Positions 1-8,983 of a stretch of DNA of 64,000 bases are shown one piece after another. The position numbers and the translations under genes are program-made. The stretch lies in the UHGV virus genome UHGV-1342921. One strand, 5' to 3'. The notes below the pieces were generated by a model. The model saw only the letters and a list, made by a program, of their open reading frames with translations, was not told the origin of the DNA and did not search any database. Each line of letters opens with the position of its first letter. The stretch's first letter is position 1. Source of the stretch: a virus.

Positions 1-212
1 ATCGGCATTCCACTGGAAAGAGCCTGAAAGACATTGTCATACTCGGACGTGCCGAACTCCTCCTCAAGCTTGTCCTTGGAAAGGCTGTCAATGTAATTGT
101 AGATGTACTCAACAAGGTTGTCGAGCTCTTCATACGTGGCGTCATTGCCCTTGCCGAGGATGTCATCAACGGGGGTGAAAGTGTTAACCTGGACGATGAT
201 GGGGTTGCTCAT
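1..212 (-). CDS. Hypothetical protein, partial; N-terminus lies in the window and the C-terminus runs off the 5' edge
   Basis: Reverse-strand ATG at 212-210 reads MSNPIIVQVNTFTPVDDILGKGNDATYEELDNLVEYIYNYIDSLSKDKLEEEF... in an open frame to position 1; coding-like composition. Not in the ORF track because it is truncated by the window edge. Confidence 0.45.
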   Translation of the reverse strand, partial: MSNPIIVQVNTFTPVDDILGKGNDATYEELDNLVEYIYNYIDSLSKDKLEEEFGTSEYDNVFQALSSGMP

Positions 213-497
213 GTGGAATCTCTTTTCTCTGGTCTTCTCTCTAACTTACAAGTATATTATAGCACGTTTTAGAAGCTGTTGTAAAGCAAAAATTTTTTAT
301 CTTAAAAAGCCTGGCTATGTCACAATCACTAGCGATTTTGTTCGTAAGTGTCTATTTTTCCTCTTTCACGGCATTCAGCCTCAACCTGATTTCCGTGGAC
401 TTCAACATTGATTTCGATGTGGTCGAAACAGGGGTGATATCAATGTTAAAGCGCAAGCGAGCTGTTACATAGCCAAAGACTTTTTAAAAGACAAGTC

Positions 498-578
498 GGA
501 GCGGTGGACGGGACTCGAACCCGCACAAAAAATAACCAGTTTGGAGGACTGGCGCTCTACCAATTGAGCTACCACCGC
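498..578 (-). tRNA. tRNA-like gene with anticodon loop CCUCCAA (anticodon UCC, Gly) and an atypical ~11-nt variable region; possibly a tRNA-like module rather than a canonical tRNA
   Basis: Reverse complement GCGGTGG-TA-GCTC-AATTGGTA-GAGC-G-CCAGT-CCTCCAA-ACTGG-TTATTTTTTGT-GCGGG-TTCGAGT-CCCGT-CCACCGC-T-CC. The acceptor stem is 7 bp, the D and T arms are canonical, but position 33 is C and the variable loop is unusually long. Confidence 0.45.
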
Positions 579-584
579 ATGCCG

Positions 585-890
585 GGGTGATTTTACCCTA
601 CAACCACCAAGGAGGCCTGCCGTTTTTATATCCGGCACCCGCCTGACAGGCCAAAGGCGGAATAGCGTTTTAACATCGGTGCGCTACCACCCTGGCCTTT
701 TGTGTCCAGGCTTGCTCTCCCCTGGAGTGAGTCTTTGGTGCCCACAACCGCATGATTGTTACGTCACCATGCAAGCGCCGTCCGCAGGCCGTATGTGGTG
801 ATCAACCACGGATGTATAAGACGGATTAAGCGTTAGGGCACAAGTACCCTTCAGGAATCATACCTGACCTGCGATTTCTCGCTTCGAACC
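585..890 (-). ncRNA. Candidate structured non-coding RNA (about 300 nt with no ORF, GC-rich with multiple hairpins) lying between a tRNA-like element and the tRNA cluster
   Basis: No ORF of 60 aa or more in any frame between 411 and 895. Several strong local stems, for example GGCCTG...CAGGCC, CTGGCC...CCAGG and GTGGT-TGATC-ACCAC. Same strand and immediate context as the tRNA genes. Confidence 0.25.
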
Positions 891-894
891 TCGC

Positions 895-1161
895 TTAAAG
901 CCCCATCGCCTTGCGCGCATCCTCCCGACTTACATACCCACTGCACTTGTTCTTCTTACCAGAGCCATACAAGGCTTCTGAATATGCCGGGTCAATATCA
1001 TTGTTGCCGTTACGGATGCGATAGACGTACAGTCCTTGCAATGCGTCGGCATGCTTACGAGCCTCGGAGGCCGTCTTGTAACGACCAAGCTCTTGCCACG
1101 TCCTTGAGCCATATAAGCTCGACGGCACATACTCGACGATATACAAAGTCCACACCTCCAT
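895..1161 (-). CDS. Hypothetical small protein (88 aa)
   Basis: ORF in the six-frame track (MEVWTLYIVEYVPSSLYGSRTWQELGRYKTASEARKHADAL...) with balanced composition; lies between the tRNA-associated regions. Confidence 0.35.
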   Translation of the reverse strand: MEVWTLYIVEYVPSSLYGSRTWQELGRYKTASEARKHADALQGLYVYRIRNGNNDIDPAYSEALYGSGKKNKCSGYVSREDARKAMGL

Positions 1162-1269
1162 TCAGGCGTCTTGGTTATGATAAAAGCATGAGGCAGAGCG
1201 GGTTACCTCAAGGTACTTCTTTTAGAGAGAAGCTTGAACTCTTCGCCTTGTCCCGGGCGTGTCTTTGAC

Positions 1270-1361
1270 TGGCCGAGTAGCCCAGATTCGAACTGGGACA
1301 GCACGGATCAACATGCTGGAGGGATTAGCAATCCCCTGCGATACCATTACGCCACTACTCG
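1270..1361 (-). tRNA. tRNA-Ser(GCU), type II with long variable arm, CCA encoded
   Basis: Reverse complement CGAGTAG-TG-GCGT-AATGGTA-TCGC-A-GGGGA-TTGCTAA-TCCCT-(long variable arm)-CCCAG-TTCGAAT-CTGGG-CTACTCG-G-CCA. Anticodon GCT. A 7-bp acceptor stem and the long extra arm fit serine. Confidence 0.85.
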
Positions 1362-1364
1362 ATA

Positions 1365-1456
1365 TGGCGGTGAGCCTGGGATTCGAACCCAGGAGACGCT
1401 CATCACGTCTAGATGCTTTCGAGGCACCCGCAATCGACCAACTCTGCCAACTCACC
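1365..1456 (-). tRNA. tRNA-Ser(CGA), type II with long variable arm, CCA encoded
   Basis: Reverse complement GGTGAGT...GGTGC-CTCGAAA-GCATC-(long variable arm)-CCTGGG-TTCGAAT-CCCAGG-CTCACC-G-CCA. Anticodon CGA. The long variable arm fits serine. Confidence 0.8.
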
Positions 1457-1457
1457 G

Positions 1458-1532
1458 TGGTAGGTGTGGAGAGAATCGAACTCTCATCTGACGATTATAA
1501 GTCGTCGGCCCTGACCTTTGTGCTACACACCT
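1458..1532 (-). tRNA. tRNA with anticodon UAU (would read AUA, Ile), CCA encoded
   Basis: Reverse complement AGGTGTG-TA-GCAC-AAAGGTCA-GGGC-C-GACGA-CTTATAA-TCGTC-AGATG-AGAG-TTCGATT-CTCT-C-CACACCT-A-CCA. Perfect 7-bp acceptor stem, canonical T-loop. The D-stem has one mismatch. Confidence 0.7.
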
Positions 1533-1533
1533 A

Positions 1534-1610
1534 TGGCCTCCAAAGAAGGACTCGAACCTTCAGCCTGTCGTGTAGGAGACGACCGCTCTATCCATTTGAG
1601 CTATTTGGAG
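1534..1610 (-). tRNA. tRNA-Arg(CCU), CCA encoded
   Basis: Reverse complement CTCCAAA-TA-GCTC-AAATGGATA-GAGC-G-GTCGT-CTCCTAC-ACGAC-AGGCTG-AAGG-TTCGAGT-CCTT-CTTTGGAG-G-CCA. All four stems are canonical. Anticodon CCT. Confidence 0.85.
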
Positions 1611-1668
1611 AAGAAGGGGACAGGTCTTGTCTATGGAACGTTGCCATAGACAAAGTGTGTCTCCCTTG

Positions 1669-1741
1669 TCCAGCCAGCAGGACTCGAACCTGCAATCGCA
1701 TGCTCCCAAAGCATGAGGGTTGCCAATTACCCTATGGCTGG
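1669..1741 (-). tRNA. tRNA-Pro(GGG), CCA not encoded
   Basis: Reverse complement CCAGCCA-TA-GGGT-AATTGGCA-ACCC-TC-ATGCT-TTGGGAG-AGCAT-GCGAT-TGCAGG-TTCGAGT-CCTGC-TGGCTGG-A. Anticodon GGG. Confidence 0.75.
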
Positions 1742-1840
1742 ACGAGGGGCACTGACTTAACAGTGCTGACACTTTCTATCTTTCCCTCAATTGACTTATA
1801 TATTATATAATTTTCAGGGACCTCTTGTCAAGTACTTTTT

Positions 1841-2371
1841 TTAAAGTTGCCTAAACTTTTTTTCCAAACCATGGATCGAAGGAATCAGGACGTCACAATA
1901 GAAGCGATCACCAGGCTTGGAGCTTACCATCATATGGATGTACTCCCTTGCCTTTGTGACTGGCATGGTACACTCAAAGATCATGTTGTCAGGAATACCC
2001 TTCGGCGTGACAGTGAACGTGTCGTCCTTAAAGGTGACGGCATAATGCCATCCGTCTACAGGAGACCTTTCCAGCCAGTATTTTACATTGTCTGAAAACT
2101 TCCCATACCTCTTCAAGTTGTCAAAATCAGTCCTTGTACGTATCCCGTCGATATATGCGTCTCGTTCCTTTGCCAGAGGTGCAAGCTCCAACTCGTCAAA
2201 GATCTTGCTTGCACGCGGAAGCAAGTCGGCAAGCATCCAATTGTCAAACTGGGCGAAGTCTTGAATCAGCAGTGGCCCATCGAAAGAGCCTTTTAGTTTA
2301 AGATGGGCCACTGTAACCTGTGCAAGTCTCATAGGGGTGATAAAGAGCATTGCGTCTCCTTTAAGAATCAA
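1841..2371 (-). CDS. Hypothetical protein (176 aa)
   Basis: Long ORF, coding-like, first gene of the minus-strand block after the tRNA cluster. Confidence 0.5.
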   Translation of the reverse strand: MILKGDAMLFITPMRLAQVTVAHLKLKGSFDGPLLIQDFAQFDNWMLADLLPRASKIFDELELAPLAKERDAYIDGIRTRTDFDNLKRYGKFSDNVKYWLERSPVDGWHYAVTFKDDTFTVTPKGIPDNMIFECTMPVTKAREYIHMMVSSKPGDRFYCDVLIPSIHGLEKKFRQL

Positions 2372-2900
2372 ACCAAATTACAGCACGAACGTTGCAAGGA
2401 TTCACGTACCCAATGGTAATCCATACAAAGTTCTCAATGTCATGGACAAACATGTTGAAGCGCTTGCGCATGTTCTTGTCTTCCCTCTTTGTGTCGATGG
2501 CAAGACCCTCGTCATATTCGGCAAGCTCTCTATAGTTGGCAGACTTGAAGTGCTTCTTCCTCTCTCCCCATCCCTCAAGCTCGTCAAGAGTGTACCAAGT
2601 GAGGCTGTGCACACCACCATAAGACTCCTCTTTGTTATAGCGCTCCTTTACTCCATCGGATACGTCTTCAGGCATTCCACGAAGGGAGTCAATCTGGTCG
2701 TAGACATCGCTCCTGACGCCTGCGAGGATTCCAAAGAGACCGTAATCTCGACCACTGTAAGGCTCAAGAATGTCAATGTACTCTGTGCCGTCAGGCTCCT
2801 TATAAGAGCGGAACTGGTTCTTAATCTCAATGTACTTCCACTCGCCGTCGGTTTTGTAGGTGTTTCGAACCTCAATTGCCATGTGAATGTCAGCGCCCAT
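2361..2900 (-). CDS. Hypothetical protein (179 aa)
   Basis: ORF MGADIHMAIEVRNTYKTDGEWKYIEIKNQ...; 11-nt overlap with the downstream gene suggests translational coupling. Confidence 0.5.
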   Translation of the reverse strand: MGADIHMAIEVRNTYKTDGEWKYIEIKNQFRSYKEPDGTEYIDILEPYSGRDYGLFGILAGVRSDVYDQIDSLRGMPEDVSDGVKERYNKEESYGGVHSLTWYTLDELEGWGERKKHFKSANYRELAEYDEGLAIDTKREDKNMRKRFNMFVHDIENFVWITIGYVNPCNVRAVIWFDS

Positions 2901-2989
2901 GTTTATACCCCGTTTCTATCTCTCTTGATTACAAGATTATTATAACATATTTGACAACCTGTTTGCAACAATGTTTTTTCAACCTGCAA

Positions 2990-3226
2990 TCACTTTCCTG
3001 TGTTTAAAGAGACAAGAGAAGTATATAGGTCGTCTATCACAAAAAACCTGGAACGGTAGTTCGTCACAGCCCCAACTACCTGGTTGTTGGTTCGATCAAA
3101 CCATATCTCGTCACGGCCAGTCGCATGCTTGGAGTAGCGCTCTGGGAAATGCGTGAAGTGTGACTTGACAGATTCATATTCCTTGTCTGTAACTTCCATA
3201 AGACCGTTGTCCATCATGGTGTGCAT
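2990..3226 (-). CDS. Hypothetical small protein (78 aa)
   Basis: ORF in the same orientation as its neighbours with coding-like composition. Confidence 0.4.
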   Translation of the reverse strand: MHTMMDNGLMEVTDKEYESVKSHFTHFPERYSKHATGRDEIWFDRTNNQVVGAVTNYRSRFFVIDDLYTSLVSLNTGK

Positions 3227-3230
3227 ATGA

Positions 3231-3608
3231 CTACAGGTCTCCTTCCTTGAGCCTTTCAGTGTCCCTCTCGTTCACTGCAATATGAATGTCGTCAAGATAG
3301 TCATACTCGCCGTACTTGCAGCCGACAAGGTTGCCGTCCTCGTCAAAATCGGCAAGATCGACGGGGCAAGACCTGATCAGAACCTTGCCGAACACCTCAA
3401 ATATTCCAGTTATGAAGACATAATCACATATGTCGTCGATGAACTCGGACTGGTCCGGCCACTTCTTCTCCTGCTCAAGAGGCGTAAACATCCTCTTGTA
3501 CTTCCACATCCTCACAACCTTGCCGGAAACGACTTCCATAAAAGCGCGTGCTCCATCAATCTTATCCATTGTTATCTCCTTGTCATCGACGGACACAGCG
3601 GACTGCAT
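3231..3608 (-). CDS. Hypothetical protein (125 aa)
   Basis: ORF MQSAVSVDDKEITMDKIDGARAF..., tightly packed with its neighbours. Confidence 0.45.
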   Translation of the reverse strand: MQSAVSVDDKEITMDKIDGARAFMEVVSGKVVRMWKYKRMFTPLEQEKKWPDQSEFIDDICDYVFITGIFEVFGKVLIRSCPVDLADFDEDGNLVGCKYGEYDYLDDIHIAVNERDTERLKEGDL

Positions 3609-3909
3609 ACAACAACGCTTCCGCTAAATCGTCTTTTGTGTATCCTTTACCCTTCTTGCCGGACTTCAGCCTGTCTGCGATAGCCTCGACCTCGTCAATG
3701 AGCATACCCAAGTCTTGTGAGTATCCATCTGCGATAAGCTCTTGCTCGTGATATGCGTCTTCAAGAGCGTCGTAGTCCCTTCCGGGCGTACCGCCGAACT
3801 CTTCCATAGCATACCACATCTCATCAGGTGTGATGCCAACCTCATCAAGCCATTTAAGCAAATCATATTGATCATGCAACCAAGTGCCGTCATTAAGACA
3901 AATCCTCAT
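3583..3909 (-). CDS. Hypothetical protein (about 108 aa; start trimmed to the internal Met MRICLNDGTW...)
   Basis: GAGAGGAGC Shine-Dalgarno 7 nt upstream of the internal ATG. The longer ORF-track start has no RBS. Confidence 0.45.
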   Translation of the reverse strand: MRICLNDGTWLHDQYDLLKWLDEVGITPDEMWYAMEEFGGTPGRDYDALEDAYHEQELIADGYSQDLGMLIDEVEAIADRLKSGKKGKGYTKDDLAEALLYAVRCVRR

Positions 3910-4026
3910 AGAAGCGCTCCTCTCAACTTTCTTGTCTATATTATACAACAAACGGATACCTGGGCGCAAGTATGAATTTTTGCACAAAAAAAGAGGACCC
4001 AGCTATAAGCCAGATCCTCTTCTAAA

Positions 4027-4578
4027 TTACTCCACGAACCTCTTGAAGACATCCTTATAGAGCTTGTCCATATAGGGCTCAAGATCGTCGAGCATGACAG
4101 TCTTCGAGTTGGTGCGGAAATTGACGGGAATGTACTGCCCATTACCAGGGCGAACGTTCACTGTAGTCTTGTTGCAGTTGCACACCTTGTCATGCTTCAC
4201 GTTATCATTGTTGCACTTGCAAGCATCAGGTGTATGATCCATCCCCGGCGTCTTCTTGGCGAGAACGTCGTAAGCCTTCTGTAGCTTGTCAAGCCTTGCC
4301 TGAAGCACCTTATTATCAATTGCCATAGAGTCAAGCTTGGCTTGAAGCTCCTCCTCCTTGGAGGCGGGCTTGGTAGCCTTGCTTGCGACGATACTGCCAA
4401 TAACGTCGTCGAACATCTCGGCAAGCGCAGAGTCGATGTCCTCGCCGTCGATCTTCTTGTGGGTTGACACATTCAGCCCGTCTGAATCGCGTACGGAGCA
4501 GGTGACGCCTGCATTCTCCTTGTCCTCGCCATAAGATGCAGAGAAGTCGATGTTGATGGTGTAGTTGTCTTTAGCCAT
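4027..4578 (-). CDS. Hypothetical protein (183 aa)
   Basis: ORF MAKDNYTINIDFSASYGEDKENAGV... with a Cys-rich C-terminal segment (CKCNNDNVKHDKVCNCN). Confidence 0.5.
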   Translation of the reverse strand: MAKDNYTINIDFSASYGEDKENAGVTCSVRDSDGLNVSTHKKIDGEDIDSALAEMFDDVIGSIVASKATKPASKEEELQAKLDSMAIDNKVLQARLDKLQKAYDVLAKKTPGMDHTPDACKCNNDNVKHDKVCNCNKTTVNVRPGNGQYIPVNFRTNSKTVMLDDLEPYMDKLYKDVFKRFVE

Positions 4579-4622
4579 GTTGAGGCCCCTTTCACGTAAT
4601 GTCTTTTGTTAAGAATATTATA

Positions 4623-5480
4623 CTACTGTTTAGAATCTGTTGTCAACCGTTTTGGTGCCGAGATTCTCCAGTTTTTTTCCTTCAAGGAATAAGCCACATC
4701 AAAAGTGTCTGTACATCTCTTGCATGACCCGCCCTTAAAGCATCTCATGCCACAGCGGATTCTCTCTTTCGTGAGACTGTCGATCATTGTGGTGTTTGGA
4801 AACGGGATCTTTATGTCGTAGTTTATCTCCCCAAGGTCACCATACCAGTTCTTTGTGACGAACCAAGTCTTGTATAACGCTGACAGCATCCCGAAATTGT
4901 ATCCGCCTTTAAAGTCATAGCAATCAAACTCGATTGTGTCAATCAACCCGTCTATTAGGTCAAAGTCATTCGGGCGCACGATCATCGCCCTCTTGTCGAA
5001 CCCTCTTGTCGAGCACATGCTTGGGATTCTGTTCGCAACGAATCTGACGTTGACGTTGTTGTTGTGGCATAGCTCACAAACGTCTTTAAGGGAATACCAC
5101 AGGTCATCGGACAAATATATGTCAGACACACCAAGTGAGATAAAGTAGTCAAGAGACACCATGTTGTACGCTGGTGCGTCGTAACTGAAGAAATACTTAC
5201 AGTTCATTTGCTTCAGCGTCTCGATATCCTTTATATGGTTCTCGCGGAGCCTGAAATATATGTTCTCTTTATCAAGTCTGATAATTGACTTGATAAGCTT
5301 CTTGTCATCCATATCGCCGACAATCTCGACGTTCACCCTCTTGCCGGGAAAGGCTTCGATAAAGTCGCCAAGCTTGTCTATTGTGCTTGTTTCTGGGTTG
5401 TATTGGATATTGAACTCATCAGCTGTGTCGTTGAGCTCATAAAACAGTTTAAATGGGATAGCGAGCTTCATTAAGCTCAT
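4623..5480 (-). CDS. Hypothetical protein (285 aa) with a C-terminal Cys cluster
   Basis: Long ORF; C-terminal CGMRCFKGGSCKRC motif; no family recognised by eye. Confidence 0.5.
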   Translation of the reverse strand: MSLMKLAIPFKLFYELNDTADEFNIQYNPETSTIDKLGDFIEAFPGKRVNVEIVGDMDDKKLIKSIIRLDKENIYFRLRENHIKDIETLKQMNCKYFFSYDAPAYNMVSLDYFISLGVSDIYLSDDLWYSLKDVCELCHNNNVNVRFVANRIPSMCSTRGFDKRAMIVRPNDFDLIDGLIDTIEFDCYDFKGGYNFGMLSALYKTWFVTKNWYGDLGEINYDIKIPFPNTTMIDSLTKERIRCGMRCFKGGSCKRCTDTFDVAYSLKEKNWRISAPKRLTTDSKQ

Positions 5481-6714
5481 TCACCTCCTTTGAACACTTT
5501 TCACATACGACCCTTCTTGTACCCCATCGCTCGGAATCTAACGGTTGACCGCAATGAAGGCAAGTTGGCTTACCAGACATCTGAAGGCGCAACGGTTTGG
5601 TGACCTTATATGGCTCCCTGTTTACCTCGAAGAATTTGTCGTCATCATGGAACATGAAGAAGTCGTTGCATGCACCGTAAGACCAAGGCGACACATGCCA
5701 CCCGCCGGATAAACCAGCTTCAAGCATTTTCGCTTCGAAATCCTTAAACTTCTGCGTCTCATTACGCACGTCGAAGTTCTCACATTGTTCAAGCAATAGC
5801 CTGTCCTCTTGAATCCATGGATAGTTTGTGACCTCATAACTCTCACAAGAGGTGAGTGCAGACAGCGCACCTCGTGCAAGCTCGGCAGAGAAGAACGGGT
5901 ACTGCCTTGAGCCAAGTGCCACACCGGAATCAAGGTCATAAAACAGCATCATTCGCCAGCTCTTGTTCGGCACACCAGGCAGGAACGGCACCTTTGACTC
6001 CATGTATGCCACAACAGCAGTTGGGCTGTTCATATATTCTGTCACACCTGAACGATTGTTTCCTTTGCCGACCAGGGACATACAACTTGTCCATCCGCTG
6101 TTGTTGTCGCTCATAGAGAGGAAGTCGATCGGGTGTATCGACAAGACGACATTTGCATTAAGTCTCTGTGTCGTGCGAATAAGGCTCACTCTGTCACGGA
6201 ACTGTGTGAACAAATCCATGAACGGATATCCGACAAACTCCAATGCCTTGCGAATTGCTCGCATTCGCTTGCCACGTATGAGAAGCTTTGTCTCTAAAGC
6301 TCCGTCTGACTTTGGTGAAAATAGCACGATTTCAGTGTCGCTCACTTGCTTGTCTGCCAAAATGTCATCTGCTCTGAACAAACCAATGACATTGTTTACA
6401 GTGCTATGGTCACACAAGCCGGAATATTCAAGGTTGTACATATAGTCTGCCACAGATGGAATGATGTTTAAACTTGCGTTCACGACTGACTTGCGTGCAA
6501 ATTCTGGGTCGTCTTTGAGATCTGCCGTTACATGCGTTGTCATGCGAAGTTTCTTGCCAAAAACTTCGTTGAATAAACGTGTCTTCGCATCATTCCAGGA
6601 TTTGAGTATAGACTTTGTGTCAACAGACGGATAGTCTCCAATTGCACGGTGTATATAGTTGTCGATCACATCTGCGTCATACGCCTTTAGCGCATCATAT
6701 GGCTGTATCGTCAT
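5449..6714 (-). CDS. Hypothetical protein (421 aa) with a C-terminal zinc-ribbon-like CxxC...CxxC
   Basis: Long ORF; C-terminal CLHCGQPLD...CEKCSKE motif. Confidence 0.5.
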   Translation of the reverse strand: MTIQPYDALKAYDADVIDNYIHRAIGDYPSVDTKSILKSWNDAKTRLFNEVFGKKLRMTTHVTADLKDDPEFARKSVVNASLNIIPSVADYMYNLEYSGLCDHSTVNNVIGLFRADDILADKQVSDTEIVLFSPKSDGALETKLLIRGKRMRAIRKALEFVGYPFMDLFTQFRDRVSLIRTTQRLNANVVLSIHPIDFLSMSDNNSGWTSCMSLVGKGNNRSGVTEYMNSPTAVVAYMESKVPFLPGVPNKSWRMMLFYDLDSGVALGSRQYPFFSAELARGALSALTSCESYEVTNYPWIQEDRLLLEQCENFDVRNETQKFKDFEAKMLEAGLSGGWHVSPWSYGACNDFFMFHDDDKFFEVNREPYKVTKPLRLQMSGKPTCLHCGQPLDSERWGTRRVVCEKCSKEVNELNEARYPI

Positions 6715-6717
6715 TCT

Positions 6718-6966
6718 TTACCAATCCTCTTCGACTGCAATATCAATCTCGTCATCAATCTTATTCTTCAAGTATCCAGGAAGGAGCACGTAGTTTATAT
6801 CAAACCTGTCAAGAAGATCTTCAAACTCATCCTTCGGAATACTATATCCGTAATGGAATCCGACATACCCGACAAGGTCGTCAACCTTCTCTTCAAGCTC
6901 CTCCTCGGCACATCCAAGAATCATAGGGTTGCCGACCTCGGTGACATCAATGTTAAGCATTAGCAT
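6718..6966 (-). CDS. Hypothetical small acidic protein (82 aa)
   Basis: ORF abutting the upstream gene. Confidence 0.4.
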   Translation of the reverse strand: MLMLNIDVTEVGNPMILGCAEEELEEKVDDLVGYVGFHYGYSIPKDEFEDLLDRFDINYVLLPGYLKNKIDDEIDIAVEEDW

Positions 6967-7181
6967 ACACCAGCCTTGTATCCGCGCTTTACCTTAAAAA
7001 TCCTGATATAGGAATATTCGTCGATGTACCCAGGATAGTTGTTGCACACATACCTGACCATCACCGCCTGTCCCTCATGCAGTTCAAGCTTGAAGAAAAA
7101 ATCCTTGATGAGATTGTTAGTCTTGGTCTCATACACACTGACGCAATAGTTGGCGTCGCATTCGTTATTGACATACCTCAT
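6960..7181 (-). CDS. Hypothetical small protein (73 aa)
   Basis: ORF overlapping the start of the downstream gene by 7 nt. Confidence 0.4.
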   Translation of the reverse strand: MRYVNNECDANYCVSVYETKTNNLIKDFFFKLELHEGQAVMVRYVCNNYPGYIDEYSYIRIFKVKRGYKAGVC

Positions 7182-7243
7182 GGGACTCTCCTATCGTCTT
7201 GATTACATTATTATTATAACACAATCAAAAACCTTCTGTCAAT

Positions 7244-7275
7244 ACAAAAAAAGCCCCTTAAAGGGGCTTTTTTAT
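7244..7275. terminator. Bidirectional rho-independent terminator (AAAAAAAGCCCCTTTAAGGGGCTTTTTTA) downstream of the Ro60-like gene
   Basis: Perfect GC-rich 9-bp stem flanked by an A-run and a T-run. Confidence 0.8.
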
Positions 7276-7278
7276 TTG

Positions 7279-8709
7279 TTAAGCGAGAAGGGGATTCCAG
7301 TTCCTCATATCGTTGATCTCATTGTACAGCGCGTCTTCGCCTTCCTCGAACTTCCTCACAAGAGCGAAGAGGTTTGTTGTAAGACAGGTCATCAGACACA
7401 CGTTGCTCGGCATATCCTTAAACACGGTCGTCGGATATGCACCGAGGTCAAACGAGTATGAATACTTGCTTATGCTGTTCACAAACTGCACCGGGCTCGA
7501 CATGTCAAAGTTGCGTATTTCCATGTTCTGTTGGTCACTGAATAAAAACATTCTGTCAAACTTCTTATTGCCAATAACTTTGCGGATCTCGCCGATGCAA
7601 GTCGAATAACCACATGTGTGCATCGCAATGTCTTCGATGGCATCAAACGGGTTATAGTTATCAAGAATATTTCTATCAACCAAGCTTGCTGTGGACCCAA
7701 ACTTGACAATAGTGGGATCAGTGCACTTCTGGGAGACGATGTAGGCATAGCATGCGCTTGCCTCTCCAATAGACACCGTCGAACGAAGGGATAATCCTGC
7801 GTCCATCGACCCAGACACGTCTACTGCTACAAGAGTCGATCCTTCAATCACGGGGACGTTCTCCATCGACGCCTTGAACGCCTCTGACAGTTCGTACCAG
7901 TACTTGGGACATGCCTTATATGCAGTGTAGATCTGGAACGGGAACACAAGAGACTCCTTGATCTTATTTGGGTCACATAGAATCGAGAAGATGTACTTTT
8001 CTGCAAACTCCTGGGTGCAGAAATCATACTTGCTGATGTTCCTCAAGTTTCGAAGAAGGGCAAGATATCCAAGTTTGCCTTCTACAAGGAGCCTCTTCCA
8101 CTCTTCCTCTGCGTTGTCGGTGTTGCTGATTGCCGTCTCCCACACATCGGCTACAGGAATCTTGCCGGTCCTCTTGATGGTATCCACAACAGCACTGTTG
8201 GCGTGAGAGATGTTGATAATGTCAAACCAATTGTACCTCTTGCCGGTCAGCTTGTACTTGCCGAACATGTATTCGTTCATGTCGCTGACGTAGTCACAGG
8301 TTGCCTTCACAACGGCATGGCTCCTCTTCTCATAAAGGTAGTCGATTGCACCAAACAGCTCTGCGACGTCGTCAGGCCTATGGAACAGCTTCCTGTACAG
8401 GTCGCGCTTGTCCTGAAAATTATATGCGTTTAGGACTGCTCCGGCAAGGTGAGATGCAGACCTCATACCCATGACGTTCCTTGCATACACAACAGCCTTC
8501 ATGGCAAACTCTGCACCATACTTGTCCGCGATTTGGCGGGTCTTCTCAATGAGTCGTTCAGCCTGCGTCCTGTCGGACTCATAAGCGCCACCGGCAAGGA
8601 ACGAACCAAACAGGATGTTCAGCCACTCGTGCAACAAAGGCTTTTCATATGCCTCTCCACCCTCATATGTCACTGTGGTGATACCTTGCTTGTTGTTAAA
8701 CTTTGACAT
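7279..8709 (-). CDS. rsr: Ro60/Rsr-like ribonucleoprotein (TROVE domain plus a C-terminal vWA domain with a DxSGS MIDAS motif)
   Basis: N-terminal TTVTYEGGEAYEKPLL...LFGSFLAGGAYESD...MKAVVYARNVMGMRSASHLAGAVL matches the TROVE pattern. C-terminal LVAVDVSGSMDAGLS is the vWA MIDAS motif characteristic of Ro60 orthologues. The length of 476 aa is typical of bacterial Rsr. Confidence 0.65.
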   Translation of the reverse strand: MSKFNNKQGITTVTYEGGEAYEKPLLHEWLNILFGSFLAGGAYESDRTQAERLIEKTRQIADKYGAEFAMKAVVYARNVMGMRSASHLAGAVLNAYNFQDKRDLYRKLFHRPDDVAELFGAIDYLYEKRSHAVVKATCDYVSDMNEYMFGKYKLTGKRYNWFDIINISHANSAVVDTIKRTGKIPVADVWETAISNTDNAEEEWKRLLVEGKLGYLALLRNLRNISKYDFCTQEFAEKYIFSILCDPNKIKESLVFPFQIYTAYKACPKYWYELSEAFKASMENVPVIEGSTLVAVDVSGSMDAGLSLRSTVSIGEASACYAYIVSQKCTDPTIVKFGSTASLVDRNILDNYNPFDAIEDIAMHTCGYSTCIGEIRKVIGNKKFDRMFLFSDQQNMEIRNFDMSSPVQFVNSISKYSYSFDLGAYPTTVFKDMPSNVCLMTCLTTNLFALVRKFEEGEDALYNEINDMRNWNPLLA

Positions 8710-8983
8710 TCCATCATCCTTTCATGTAGGAGAAACAAAAACCCCGACAACCAGAGAAATATTTTTGTCCGGAGATGTTATTATAGTCATATTAAAATAT
8801 GGAAGTATCCGAACAAACCATCATCTAGCCATCGGGGCAGTCATAAAGTATAGAGAGGAAATACCCGTGTCAGGAGCGTTATAATTTTTTCATGAAATTG
8901 AAGTATCCCAACACACAATCACTCTCTAATTACTTTGTATGAGTATACTATACCCAATTTATATTCTGTTGTCAAGTATTATT

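Noticed and set aside
103-411. 102-aa plus-strand ORF
   Set aside because: It overlaps the better-supported minus-strand partial CDS (1-212) and the adjacent AT-rich non-coding stretch. It has a hydrophobic low-complexity sequence and no RBS.
1170-1262. Possible extra tRNA (T-loop-like GAAGCTTGAACTCTTC)
   Set aside because: No consistent cloverleaf: the T-stem is only 4 bp with a non-canonical loop, and there is no acceptor or D arm.
1259-1810. 183-aa plus-strand ORF
   Set aside because: It runs antisense across five well-formed tRNA genes, so it is a read-through artefact.
2337-2945. 202-aa plus-strand ORF
   Set aside because: It is antisense to two consecutive minus-strand genes and its hydrophobic low-complexity translation is not credible.
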